Shown one piece after another: positions 55,301 through 64,000 of a stretch of 64,000 nt of DNA. Position numbers and translations under genes: made by a program. Under the pieces are notes generated by a model that had not been told where the DNA came from, ran no database searches, and was given only the letters and a program-made list of their open reading frames with translations. Numbering within the stretch: position 1 is the first letter of the stretch; the number at the start of each line of letters is the position of its first letter. This stretch comes from Bugula neritina (lineage: Eukaryota > Animalia > Bryozoa), in contig OZ037770.1 in NCBI GenBank assembly GCA_964035545.1, positions 3,814,662-3,878,661 of the forward strand. The letters run 5' to 3'.

Positions 55301-58300
55301 AATGTGCAGTATTTCATAAAATATTGTGTGTCTCGTAAATTTAGCTATTTATACCTTTACAGTGAGATTGGAGTAAACACACCTCAAAATTCACATCTGG
55401 TATCACATTGATTTATCGCAAGTCAAAGTACACCTACTAACTCGTCCTTCCTTAATACCTGCTTGCTTTTGCACTTCTACTCATTTCATATACCTAACAT
55501 TTTTCTTGCAGATGAATTACATCTTTTAAGTTGTAAAAGCCTTAAATAGCATGAAATTAATGAGGTTTAAACCGTGGCCACACTAACTATTGATGCGTTT
55601 AATACACGAAAATATTGTCTCTTTTTTTTTAGTTTCACCTAAAGTATTACATACTATTGATGGAGGCTTTGCTGAAGTTTTTGGGTGATGATTTGTCAAT
55701 AATTTTCCAGAGAAGATGATGCCACGATGGCTGGCGTCATTATGCAATTTCCAAATTTCTTTCGGCTTTGCTCTAGTGAAAATGTTAGAAAACAATCAAC
55801 AAAAAGGTTTGTACCATAAACAAAGTTATTGTGTGCATGTTGCCAAAGCATAAAGTGTGCTGGACATTTTTAAGTTTCTGTTGAGTTGCGTTTATGCTTT
55901 TCCTGCATGAAAAAAGTTCCAGTTTCAGTTAATATCACTAGCGGAGTGCCCACCTATATTTTAAATCATATTGATGCATAAGTTCTTTTTGTAATATTAA
56001 ATGTATAACTTGCTTAATTGCTATTCAATGCCCTTTGAAGTTTCCAACTGTAATTAATTAGTTGATTTGGCAGCATAGTATCGATGATTGATGAAGGCAG
56101 CCTATATAATTATAAGCACAAATATCTATATCTACATGAAGATGTCATTCCCAATGATTGTTATTCTGAAATCAGCTGATTAAGTTATCACAAACTAGAC
56201 ATTTTGACCAGCGGCTTTTACAATGCAACTCGGTGAAATTTCAGACCTAGATAAATTGAATTTCTTACTGAAAATCGTGAAGGTATTAAAGTTTAAAGTG
56301 AAAGTTTAAAGGGTCATCTCTCTGCGAATTATAATAGCATGGTGCCAATTAGACTTGAAAAAATTTCAAGGCACTATAAAGCACTAAGCCCATTCTTACA
56401 AGTAGTTTCAAAGTGCACTGGAATTTCAGTTTACTTGTCATTGTATAGAATCCTGATCTACACTATATAGCATTCACTATTGCCTGCTTCTTCTAAGCAT
56501 CTATAATGTATTAACTACAGTTTGCTTTGAGAAGTGAATTTCTACTTGGTATTTTTTCCTTATCGTTCCGTTGTTTGCCAGTAGTCTTAATTTAATGGAT
56601 TTTCCCTTTTCAAAAGTGGTTGTGACAATCAAACACATCATGCAGCCTGCAACTACACAATCAGTCAGTAATTTCTTCCATTAAAGTAGCTCTTCTGGTT
56701 ACTCTTGCTCACCTAAAAGCGTGAGCCTCATTCAAATTGCAAGTTTTTAGAGTTGTTAATTTTTCATGCAGTCTTTCATTTTTTTTTGTTAGGCACAAAA
56801 TTAGTATTCACTAGACCTAATATTTCATCTGCATGTATGCCTATTGTTTGTTCATTAAAGAAAAACCTCTGCTGAATATTGAACTAATAATGAAAATGAA
56901 TTCCCTAAACTAAAAGTAGCAGTGTGATTTTGGTATTACAATTAGTTGTTAGCATAGAGTCAAGTTATTGACGGGAATTTTCAAATTGAAATGAATGAAT
57001 TTCATTGTAAGTCAGCAAGATTTAGTCTAAGTAAACATAGCATTACATCGTGTTTTATTTAGCATTTGTAGAAGGCAGCATATATTTTAAGGATGATTGT
57101 AAACTTAAATGTAATTTTAAGTACTTTCCATGTTTGTTATTGTAGATGGTCTTGTTCTTTGGGATGGATGTGACAACTCCTTGTGTCAAACTTAACTGAT
57201 TGACTACTGAATCCCAATCATACGTTTTGCCAAAAAATGTGAAAATGGAGTGCATGTCTACTTTATTTGGGAAAATATTAAAAATACTTTTGAAACTTCA
57301 TCTAGCCAAACAATACAACAGTTTCATTTTATTAAAAAATATCATTTGCCCAAAATGTATTATGTAATCGAACAATTTCTAGAAAAAAAGTGCTTTCCTC
57401 CAGTTTTGCTAATGAATTACATATTTCATTACATGCTTGTCTTTATAATTTTATTAATTGTTTTTTCTGGTGAGTCAATTAAAGTCAATTCAACCTAGAA
57501 AAGTCTGAATTTCAGACCTAATTTCAAGCTAGAATATTCACATTTTTAGGTCTGCTGCGTTTGCAAACATTGTTGTGTTACTTTACTTTTTATATTTTTT
57601 GAAATAAATATCTTTTTAGCTTGTGCCTATTCATGATTAGAATAGTATAATAATATTTAACTTTTCTTCAATTTTAATAGATGAAAATGTTGATCAGTTG
57701 GAGTATTCAGTTTAGCTGAATTTTACTTGCTTCTGCGAAAACAATCTTTTGGAGTTGTCTGCCCTCTCTTTAGGTAATTTTTTGACCTATGGTTAACGTA
57801 ATAATTATAACTTTTTAAAGATGCATGTGAACCTAACAATATAGCATAACTATCAAACCACATTATTCAATATCTGCATAAAATTTAGCCGATAAGCTGC
57901 CACCCAATGAGCTTGAAAAGATATTAGAATTCTAGCTCAGTGCTGCCATCAATGTAGATATTTATAATGATATAAAGCCAAAACTCATTATTGCATGAAA
58001 GTATCTAACCATTCCTGACAAAGAATAGAGATAATAACTCCAAAGTTGGTCAGTTGAAACCACAGCAATAATACTTTAATCTTTATACCAAGGGTTTAAT
58101 TTTATACCAAGCCCCAATAAGTACATATCACTATGACAACACAGCCTAAGCACCTCCAATGCAAGAAATTTAGTATTGTGGTGCTACAAATCCTCCAGTT
58201 ACAAATGAGTAGAGCTTTCATGATTATTGGTCTACCATAATGTTTATTTAGTTTTAAGGACTAGCATAGATGCTATTATATGTGGGAGGTATTTGAAAAG

Positions 58301-60796
58301 CTTCCAACTCCATCTTCAACTACGGGCTATTATAATTATGCCGATAAACGAGATACTACACTCAGACTGCCCTGTTATAGTACTATGATTGGCTACTGCA
58401 AAATTTTTGCCGATAGACAACATTTAATTATGATGTAATGTATCTCGTATTGGTACATAAGTGTTATGTCTGAGGACGAGATACTGTGAAATTATGCCCT
58501 GATAGCTTTATATACTGCATGAATACATCATGAGTCAGAATATACTTCAGCATTAGCTTAGATACACACATCGTGGGTGATAATTACCACAACTAAACTC
58601 ATTTAACATTTACACAGCTATCATAATTGATACTTACTTGTCTAGACTTGCTCTGTCAGTCAGGTTAGAAGCACGTAGACGCAGGGCTTCACCAGCAATC
58701 TCTCCAATGTTGTTTGGAATATTCCCTTTCAGTTTAAGATCTGTGATATGATAACTCCCAACTTCACGTTTCACCTCGGCAGTAGTATATGATTTGGTAT
58801 TAGAAGACTGTATATCTGACCAGTCGACAGGAGGCTGTCCAGAATGTCTGAACCAGATTGTCATATTCTCTGTAACATTATACAGTGACAGTGTGATTAT
58901 TACACAGTGCTTGCAGGTGATGCCTGGCAGCTTTAGGTTTACGAAAGTGAAAATTAGAAATAAGTAGATCACTGATTCTGAAAACAACCGTTTTATTTAA
59001 AATCTTTGAAATTATGCTGTTTCGGTTTCAATAAAAGTCCCCCCCCCCAGTAATACTAGCATTTTATATTCTTTGCTATACAATTTTAAAATAGTAGTTT
59101 GAATGTTGCTTTAAAGCAGCCAAAATTAAGCCAAGTTAGTATTTTATATTCACTAATAATTGGTCCAAATACCAACATTATGTTAAAACTTTCTATATCT
59201 GACACTGCGTACTTTCTATACCCTATCAGTTACACAGATGACAGCTGTACAGGATGATCATAGATATACTCGAACTAGCGTAGTTAGAGCACTTTCTGAA
59301 TTTTGGGATCTAGAGCTATATAAGTATTTCAATGTTTCTCATATTTCAACTATAGAAAAAAGCATACCAATATAGAAAGGTTTCTGAAAAGTCTTGTCAC
59401 AACAACATTCTTATCAATTTAGATGAAACATTTGCTAGTTTTGCTCAAATAAAAAAAAATTATGCATTGAAAAACAATATAACTGATTGCATTCAAAATA
59501 ATATTCAAATGAATGCCAAGTATACTGCATCTAATTTATACAAATAGTGCGATAACCTTGGCATACACTATGTGCTACTCTCCTTCCCTCAATCGCCTTT
59601 GAACCATGTAGTTTACTTACTGTTCCACAAACAAACCGGCAACATATATCTATCCTTAACTAAAATTTTCAGGCATGCTGCACCATTATTGTAACTAATG
59701 AAAAATTTCTACCTGCACCTCCAGCCAAATCTGTGTAGTATTGTCGTACAGCATATAATCCTCTTTCGCAGACTTCTAGTGGAGGAGATGTAAAGGCATA
59801 GCAACCCTGTGTTATGAGAAGACTAAGATGAGTTAGCTGTAGTATCTCAGGGTTCAAAGATGTCATGGACTTGTTGTAGGATATATTCAGTGTGTGCAGA
59901 TTACTCATTGTGCACACTGAAGATGGGAGACTAGTGAAGTCATTAAATGATATGTCTAGTATCCGTAACTTCTGTAGACTCTGTAACCTAACGATACATT
60001 ATAATTCTATGGTCAGCACAAACTAGAGGTAAATGTGATCTACTTGTTGTAATAAAGATACAAAGATATTAAAGTAATAGAAGAGATAGTAAGAAGTGGC
60101 AGTGACTACAGTGTGATTATTATATAACACCCTAACTATTTGGAGTAGTACAATAAAAAGGTGATATTCTAGAATTTGCCATTTGCCATTTGCCTTTTGC
60201 CCCATGCATGCATGAAGTATTACAGAAAATATGTCAGAGAAAACACAATACTCTACACTCTATTACTCTACATTCATAATGTATAGTTTAACTGGGTGAG
60301 TGTTTTGCTGAAATGAATGAGTTCACAAATATCTTGAATAGTAATTCTATTGTTACACACAGACCTCTCAGGTAGATCAGATAATTTACAGCTCCTCATA
60401 CGCAACTCTTTAAGTGATGTGAGTGATGGGACAACCTTTGGTACTGTGTTGAGAAGATTCCAATTTGTTTCTAGTCTCTCTAACTGAGTCAGCTGGCATA
60501 GACTGTAAGGTAAAGTATATGATATATATGTAGTTTGACTTATACAGAGGATAATTATAAGATTTGCTAAAACTACAATAAATTATGAGAGATATGATAA
60601 CTGCTATATCAAGTTGATTGTCTCTTCACAACAGTTCTATATTCACCTTATCATGACACTTGACTAATATGTGAATATATAACAGTGTATTATAATAGAG
60701 TACAAGAATTCAACACTTAGTAAATACTAGTAAACTAGAAATGACTGCTATTACTGGTAATTATATTTTTATAGCATAGGAATATATATATATATG

Positions 60797-60883
<87 letters not shown>

Positions 60884-61804
60884 ATATATATATATATGTA
60901 GATATGTGTGTGCGTGTGTGCGTGCGTGCACCTGCATGTGTCTGTAACTTTGAAAAAATTGAATTTCATTTTTTTCAATGACATACCATAATACTACTTG
61001 GTAAGCATATAAAGATGTCAAATATTGAATGTTTTAAATAATGCACATTTTATGACACACAAACCTCTCAGGTAGAGTAGATAGTTTACAATTTGCCATA
61101 TCCAACTCTTTAAGTGATGTGAGCGATGACACAACTTCTGGTACTGCGCTAAAAGTATTCCATCCTATGTGTAGTACCTTTAACTGAGTCAGCTGACATA
61201 GACTGTAATATAAAGTGTATGATATATATTTAGTGTACATTACTGTAATATTTTATACTATATTCACATTTTGTTTTTAAACAAATAAACCTATATACAA
61301 CTTAACTACCAAGCAACTTATTGCAGCATTGTACATGCAAAGCATGAGAAGTTAACAGTTTATTATAATCGTATACAAGTATTCAATTATTATATATACT
61401 CAGTGCATGAATACTAATCAACTATACAACTGCTTACTATAATTTACTTTTTATAGCACAAGAATACATAATGGGATATACCTTAGAATTCTGTTATTCT
61501 CACAATATTACAGACCATATTTAACATGGAACTAAAAAAAAATTGCATTTCACATGATATTTTTTCAATTTTATAATGAAATCCCCTAATTATACTTGGC
61601 AAGGAACTCTTTTATGATTTCAGGTATTAAATGTTTCAAAGAATACAAAAACTGCGACAAACAAACCTCTCAGGTAGAGTAGATAATTCACAGTACATTA
61701 TATTCAACTCTTCGAGTGATGTGAGGGATGAGACAACTCCTGGTACTGTGTAGAGAGGATTCCATTCTATTTCTAGTCTCTCTAGCTGAGCCAGCTGACA
61801 TAGA
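20105..61804 (-). CDS. LRR-Roc-COR-caspase (ROCO-caspase) locus, multi-exon, may continue beyond the right edge
   Basis: Minus-strand exons in order: LRR 61667-61804, 61065-61202, 60365-60502; C-cap 59713-59987; N-cap 58638-58869; LRR 38689-38826, 38092-38229, 37520-37657, 36534-36671; C-cap 35891-36165; N-cap 34834-35065; LRR 34031-34168, 33423-33560, 31459-31596; Roc-COR 24149-26154; linkers 23778-23864 and 23422-23633; caspase 22016-22186, 21544-21757, 21109-21336, 20748-20851, 20105-20254. All junctions are phase-compatible provided the AAG acceptor at 23633 is used. Whether all three LRR modules share one transcript is unproven. Confidence 0.7.
23422..23864 (-). CDS. two linker exons between COR and caspase (23778-23864; 23422-23633, acidic)
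   Basis: [29 protein letters not shown] (phase 1-1), then DVQFVV...[27 protein letters not shown]...NTEK with a phase-0 donor matching the first caspase exon. The acceptor of the second exon is ambiguous. Confidence 0.65.
24149..26154 (-). CDS. 2006-nt exon: last LRRs + LRR C-cap + Roc GTPase + COR
   Basis: Acceptor TTGTTAG|G (phase 2), donor T|GTATGT (phase 1). [10 protein letters not shown]...VRQYY cap typical of ROCO/MFHAS1-like proteins; G1 [10 protein letters not shown]3 DMGGQEVY, G4 THKD; COR-like [28 protein letters not shown]. Confidence 0.92.
26679..31249 (+). mobile_element. decayed Academ-like DNA transposon in the intron before the Roc exon
   Basis: About 120-bp imperfect TIRs (26687-26810 versus 31134-31246). 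Transposase remnants [13 protein letters not shown] (about 27970), XPG/H3TH-like [10 protein letters not shown]...GK (about 29720) and LPPTDEA (about 29985). The paralogous intron (36166-36533) is only about 370 bp and lacks it. Superfamily assignment is from motif recall. Confidence 0.65.
29330..29690 (+). mobile_element. RTE-like LINE 3' fragment nested in the Academ-like element
   Basis: Degenerate [31 protein letters not shown], resembling the RGRPKKRWMD..KED C-terminus of RTE ORF2. Confidence 0.55.
31459..31596 (-). CDS. LRR cassette exon (module C)
   Basis: 138 nt, TTACAG|T...AG|GTTTGT; [45 protein letters not shown]. Confidence 0.88.
31808..31997 (+). mobile_element. tRNA-derived SINE
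   Basis: A-box TGGTCTAGGGG, B-box GGTTTGAGCCC, A-rich tail, 19-bp TSD AATGGTATACAACTATTTA (31789-31807 and 31998-32016). Confidence 0.85.
33423..33560 (-). CDS. LRR cassette exon (module C)
   Basis: 138 nt, phase 2/2; [45 protein letters not shown]. Confidence 0.88.
34031..34168 (-). CDS. LRR cassette exon (module C; absent from the ORF track)
   Basis: 138 nt, phase 2/2; [45 protein letters not shown]. Confidence 0.88.
34834..35065 (-). CDS. putative N-cap exon preceding the LRR cassettes (module C copy)
   Basis: 232 nt, TTACAG|AG...AA|GTAAGT (phase 1 to 2); [20 protein letters not shown]...[20 protein letters not shown]...[10 protein letters not shown]; paralog of 58638-58869; has ATA where the paralog has ATG. 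Confidence 0.7.
35891..36165 (-). CDS. LRR C-cap exon: truncated copy of the 5' part of the Roc exon (module B)
   Basis: Same acceptor and [10 protein letters not shown]...[10 protein letters not shown]...DLAGGAG; homology stops at about 35860, just before the P-loop; candidate donor CAG|GTAAAA at 35891. Confidence 0.7.
36534..36671 (-). CDS. LRR cassette exon (module B)
   Basis: 138 nt; [45 protein letters not shown]. Confidence 0.85.
36952..37367. repeat. compound (TA)n / (CATATATA)n microsatellite
   Basis: Direct reading; shorter counterpart at about 60782-60900 in the paralogous intron. Confidence 0.95.
37520..37657 (-). CDS. LRR cassette exon (module B)
   Basis: 138 nt; [45 protein letters not shown]. 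Confidence 0.88.
38092..38229 (-). CDS. LRR cassette exon (module B)
   Basis: 138 nt; [45 protein letters not shown]. Confidence 0.88.
38689..38826 (-). CDS. LRR cassette exon (module B; absent from the ORF track)
   Basis: 138 nt; [45 protein letters not shown]. Confidence 0.88.
44471..44870. repeat. about 400-bp fold-back element
   Basis: Inverted arms, for example AAATACACCTAAATAATCAAGG versus CCTTGATTATTTAGGTGTATTT, and GCTAATGAACA versus TGTTCATTAGC. Confidence 0.75.
46931..49300 (+). mobile_element. decayed R4/Dong-clade non-LTR retrotransposon (RT + RLE endonuclease)
   Basis: IFQGDSLS; HLLYVDDLK; YKYLGV...[17 protein letters not shown]; [16 protein letters not shown]; degenerate knuckle CGMC...HVLS; [13 protein letters not shown]...IIDITVP; AATAATAAT on both flanks, matching the (TAA)n target known for Dong elements. 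Confidence 0.85.
49301..53450. repeat. degenerate tri/hexanucleotide low-complexity tract including (TAC)n at about 50370-50510
   Basis: Pervasive ATT/ATG/ATC/ACT/AGT periodic runs; similar sequence at about 46150-46930 on the other side of the Dong element. Confidence 0.6.
54325..54597. repeat. CT-rich low-complexity tract
   Basis: Direct reading. Confidence 0.9.
55560..57780 (-). pseudogene. possible highly decayed hAT transposase remnant
   Basis: [10 protein letters not shown] (similar to the hAT dimerisation ERxFS..KRI motif) at about 55600 and CKSRWS (similar to TRWxS) at about 56210, in the expected order near one end of the 19-kb element. No continuous ORF. Confidence 0.35.
58638..58869 (-). 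CDS. putative N-cap exon (module B copy)
   Basis: 232 nt, phase 1 to 2; [20 protein letters not shown]...[20 protein letters not shown]...[10 protein letters not shown]; contains an ATG 5 nt after the acceptor. Confidence 0.72.
59713..59987 (-). CDS. LRR C-cap exon: truncated copy of the 5' part of the Roc exon (module A)
   Basis: 275 nt to candidate donor CAG|GTAGAA; read-through ends VTIMVQHA* at 59669. Confidence 0.7.
60365..60502 (-). CDS. LRR cassette exon (module A; absent from the ORF track)
   Basis: 138 nt; [45 protein letters not shown]. Confidence 0.85.
61065..61202 (-). CDS. LRR cassette exon (module A)
   Basis: 138 nt; [45 protein letters not shown]. Confidence 0.88.
61667..61804 (-). 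CDS. LRR cassette exon (module A)
   Basis: 138 nt; [45 protein letters not shown]. Confidence 0.88.
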
Positions 61805-61874
61805 CTGTAATATAAAGTATGTGATATATGAAATATATAGGGTATATGGTATATGATACATACGTTTACATACG

Positions 61875-62240
<366 letters not shown>

Positions 62241-62260
62241 GAGGGTCATTTTACTTAATT

Positions 62261-63740
62261 TAGTAGGGGAGGGTGGGGGAATATGAACCAGTGGGTAATA
62301 TGGACCACTTCCTGATCGGTCAAAAATGTTTAGTGATTCTAGTTATTTTCTCTATTATGTCATGTAACTTCCTTTTCTAGAGTATCTTATGCTGCTTCTC
62401 CATTTGTAGTTCTGTTTCTGCATACAAGGTGAGTAAATTACAATTATATGCAACCAAATGTAAATATCCTGAATCCTAGTTAATCAGAAATATCTTTGAT
62501 GTATATCATTTCACCACAGTTTGATATTTTCCACAACAGCAACTCAAAATGTGTGAAAGTAACATGCAAAAGCTTGAGCAGACAACACTTGAGATTTTTG
62601 AAAAACTTTAAAATTTCTCCTCTGATAGCTAGAGAGGTAAAATGGACCACTTCAAATGGGGTAATATGGACCAGTGGTCAATATTACTTCAACTCTAAGT
62701 ATTCTATCTGACAGGTTTTTATACATTTCTAAGGCATTTAATGTAGAAATCAACATGATTCAAAACATTTGAAAAAAAAATATGTCATTTTGAAACCTGC
62801 ATGTATTTATTCTGTTTTGAAGGTTTTAAAACAAAATGCTAAGAAATTATCAACGAAAAAGTAAGAGATCTAAATTTACTGAAATACAGCTTCAGTCAGC
62901 TTTAGATGAAATTAAAACAGGACTCAGTCAACGTGAATCTGCTGCCAAAAATGGGATTCCCTGCCCTACACTTCTTGAGTATGCAGCGCAAAGTGGACAG
63001 ATAAGAAAATCAGCACTAGGTCGGAAGGCAGTGTTTATGACAGAAGAGGAATCAAAGCTGGCACAAAATATCATAGACTGTTCTAAAATATTTCATGGGC
63101 TAGGCTTACAAAAAACCAGAGAGCTAACTTATAGTTACGCTATAAATTTACAAAAAGAAACAATCCCTGATTCCTGGCATGCAGAGAAAATGGCAGGCAA
63201 AGATTGGCTGGAAGGCTTTAGAAAGCGTAATGGTGAAATGAGTCTTCAAACCCCAGAAGCGACCAGTGTAGGCAGAGCATCGGCTTTTAACAGAACAACA
63301 GTTTCAGAATTTTTCAATAACTTGGAACATGTCCTTAAGCGCTACAAATTCACTCCTGACAGCATATACAATTTAGATAAAACGCAAATTCAACTGTTCA
63401 CAGCGAACACAAAAGGTTTAAGCCCAAAAAGGCATTAAACAGCTTGGACAAGTGACAAATGCTGACCGTTGAATGACCATAACCATGGTTTCCTGCGTGA
63501 GTGCATCAGGTCAAAGTCTTCCACCCGCATATATTTTCCCTAGAGTAAACTTTAAGGATAACATGATGATTGGAGCTTCAACTGGATCGAAAGGATTTGC
63601 AAACCCTAGTGGTTGGATGAACAATGAGCTGTTCCCTCAAGTATTGAAACATTTTATTAGTCATTTCAGTGGTGAGGCAAAAAAACCTGAAGCTACTGCT
63701 CCTCGACAACCAGCCATGCTTCTTTGGAAACTATAGAGCT
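62261..63740 (+). mobile_element. pogo/Tigger-like DNA transposon, frameshifted and 3'-truncated
   Basis: ORF 62836-63438 with HTH_psq-like and CENP-B HTH-like parts (AGKDWLEGFRKRN...TPEATSVGRASAFN, IYNLDKT); DDE_1 fragment TMVSCVSASGQSLPPAYIFP...SGWMNNELF at 63473-63736; repeated subterminal GGTAATATGGACCA. Confidence 0.85.
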
Positions 63741-63756
63741 AGCAAAAAACAATAAC

Positions 63757-63806
63757 ATATATGTATATATGTATATGTATACGTATACGCATACGCATAC
63801 GTATAC

Positions 63807-63881
<75 letters not shown>
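63757..63881. repeat. (TA)n microsatellite
   Basis: Direct reading. Confidence 0.95.
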
Positions 63882-63887
<6 letters not shown>

Positions 63888-64000
63888 AGGAAAAGAGCAA
63901 TTTAATTATATATAGATGTTGTTTTATTGTACTACTAATAGTTTCATGCCTCTTCGGCACTCCTCAGGCACAATATTGACGAATTTAAATTTTTACATTA

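Larger units (their letters stand above)
39410..58501. mobile_element. 19,092-bp hAT-like DNA transposon insertion
   Basis: Perfect 8-bp TSD ATAGCTTT (39402-39409 and 58502-58509). Termini CAGTATATATTTTC and revcomp CAGGGCATAATTTC (10/14). Subterminal AGTATCTCGT motifs at both ends. Empty site TATTACTATAGGTTTATATACTGCATGA in the paralogous intron at about 34726-34753. Confidence 0.85.

Noticed and set aside
31459-61804. Dedicated recombination signals (RSS-like) or a recombinase for the LRR cassettes
   Set aside because: Only general intron homology and splice signals are visible. There is no heptamer/nonamer pattern or intact recombinase in the window, so somatic rearrangement is not supported by this sequence.

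Overview
AT-rich, intron-containing eukaryotic DNA, probably from an invertebrate metazoan. Left part: the 3' part of an intact Gypsy pol ORF with its 3' LTR, 13 coding exons of TMTC3 (+ strand), and a decayed Gypsy element (-). From about 20.1 to 61.8 kb on the minus strand lies the main finding, a ROCO-family gene with the architecture LRR array - Roc GTPase - COR - caspase (C14A fold; His and Cys retained; atypical EACS motif). Its LRR region consists of ten 138-nt phase-2/phase-2 cassette exons. Their framework residues are nearly invariant, the predicted exposed beta-strand positions are hypervariable, and each exon sits in a homologous intron shell. The cassettes are grouped into three tandem modules ([N-cap exon]-[3-4 LRR exons]-[C-cap exon]), only the last of which continues into Roc-COR-caspase. 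The module copies are mosaic. The picture is consistent with a shufflable, NLR-like sensor-switch-protease immune receptor, which is an inference. The introns carry a 19.1-kb hAT-like insertion (8-bp TSD, paralogous empty site visible) with a nested R4/Dong LINE, an Academ-like element, a tRNA-derived SINE and a pogo-like element. Exon boundaries were read by eye from splice signals and phase consistency, with no transcript evidence.
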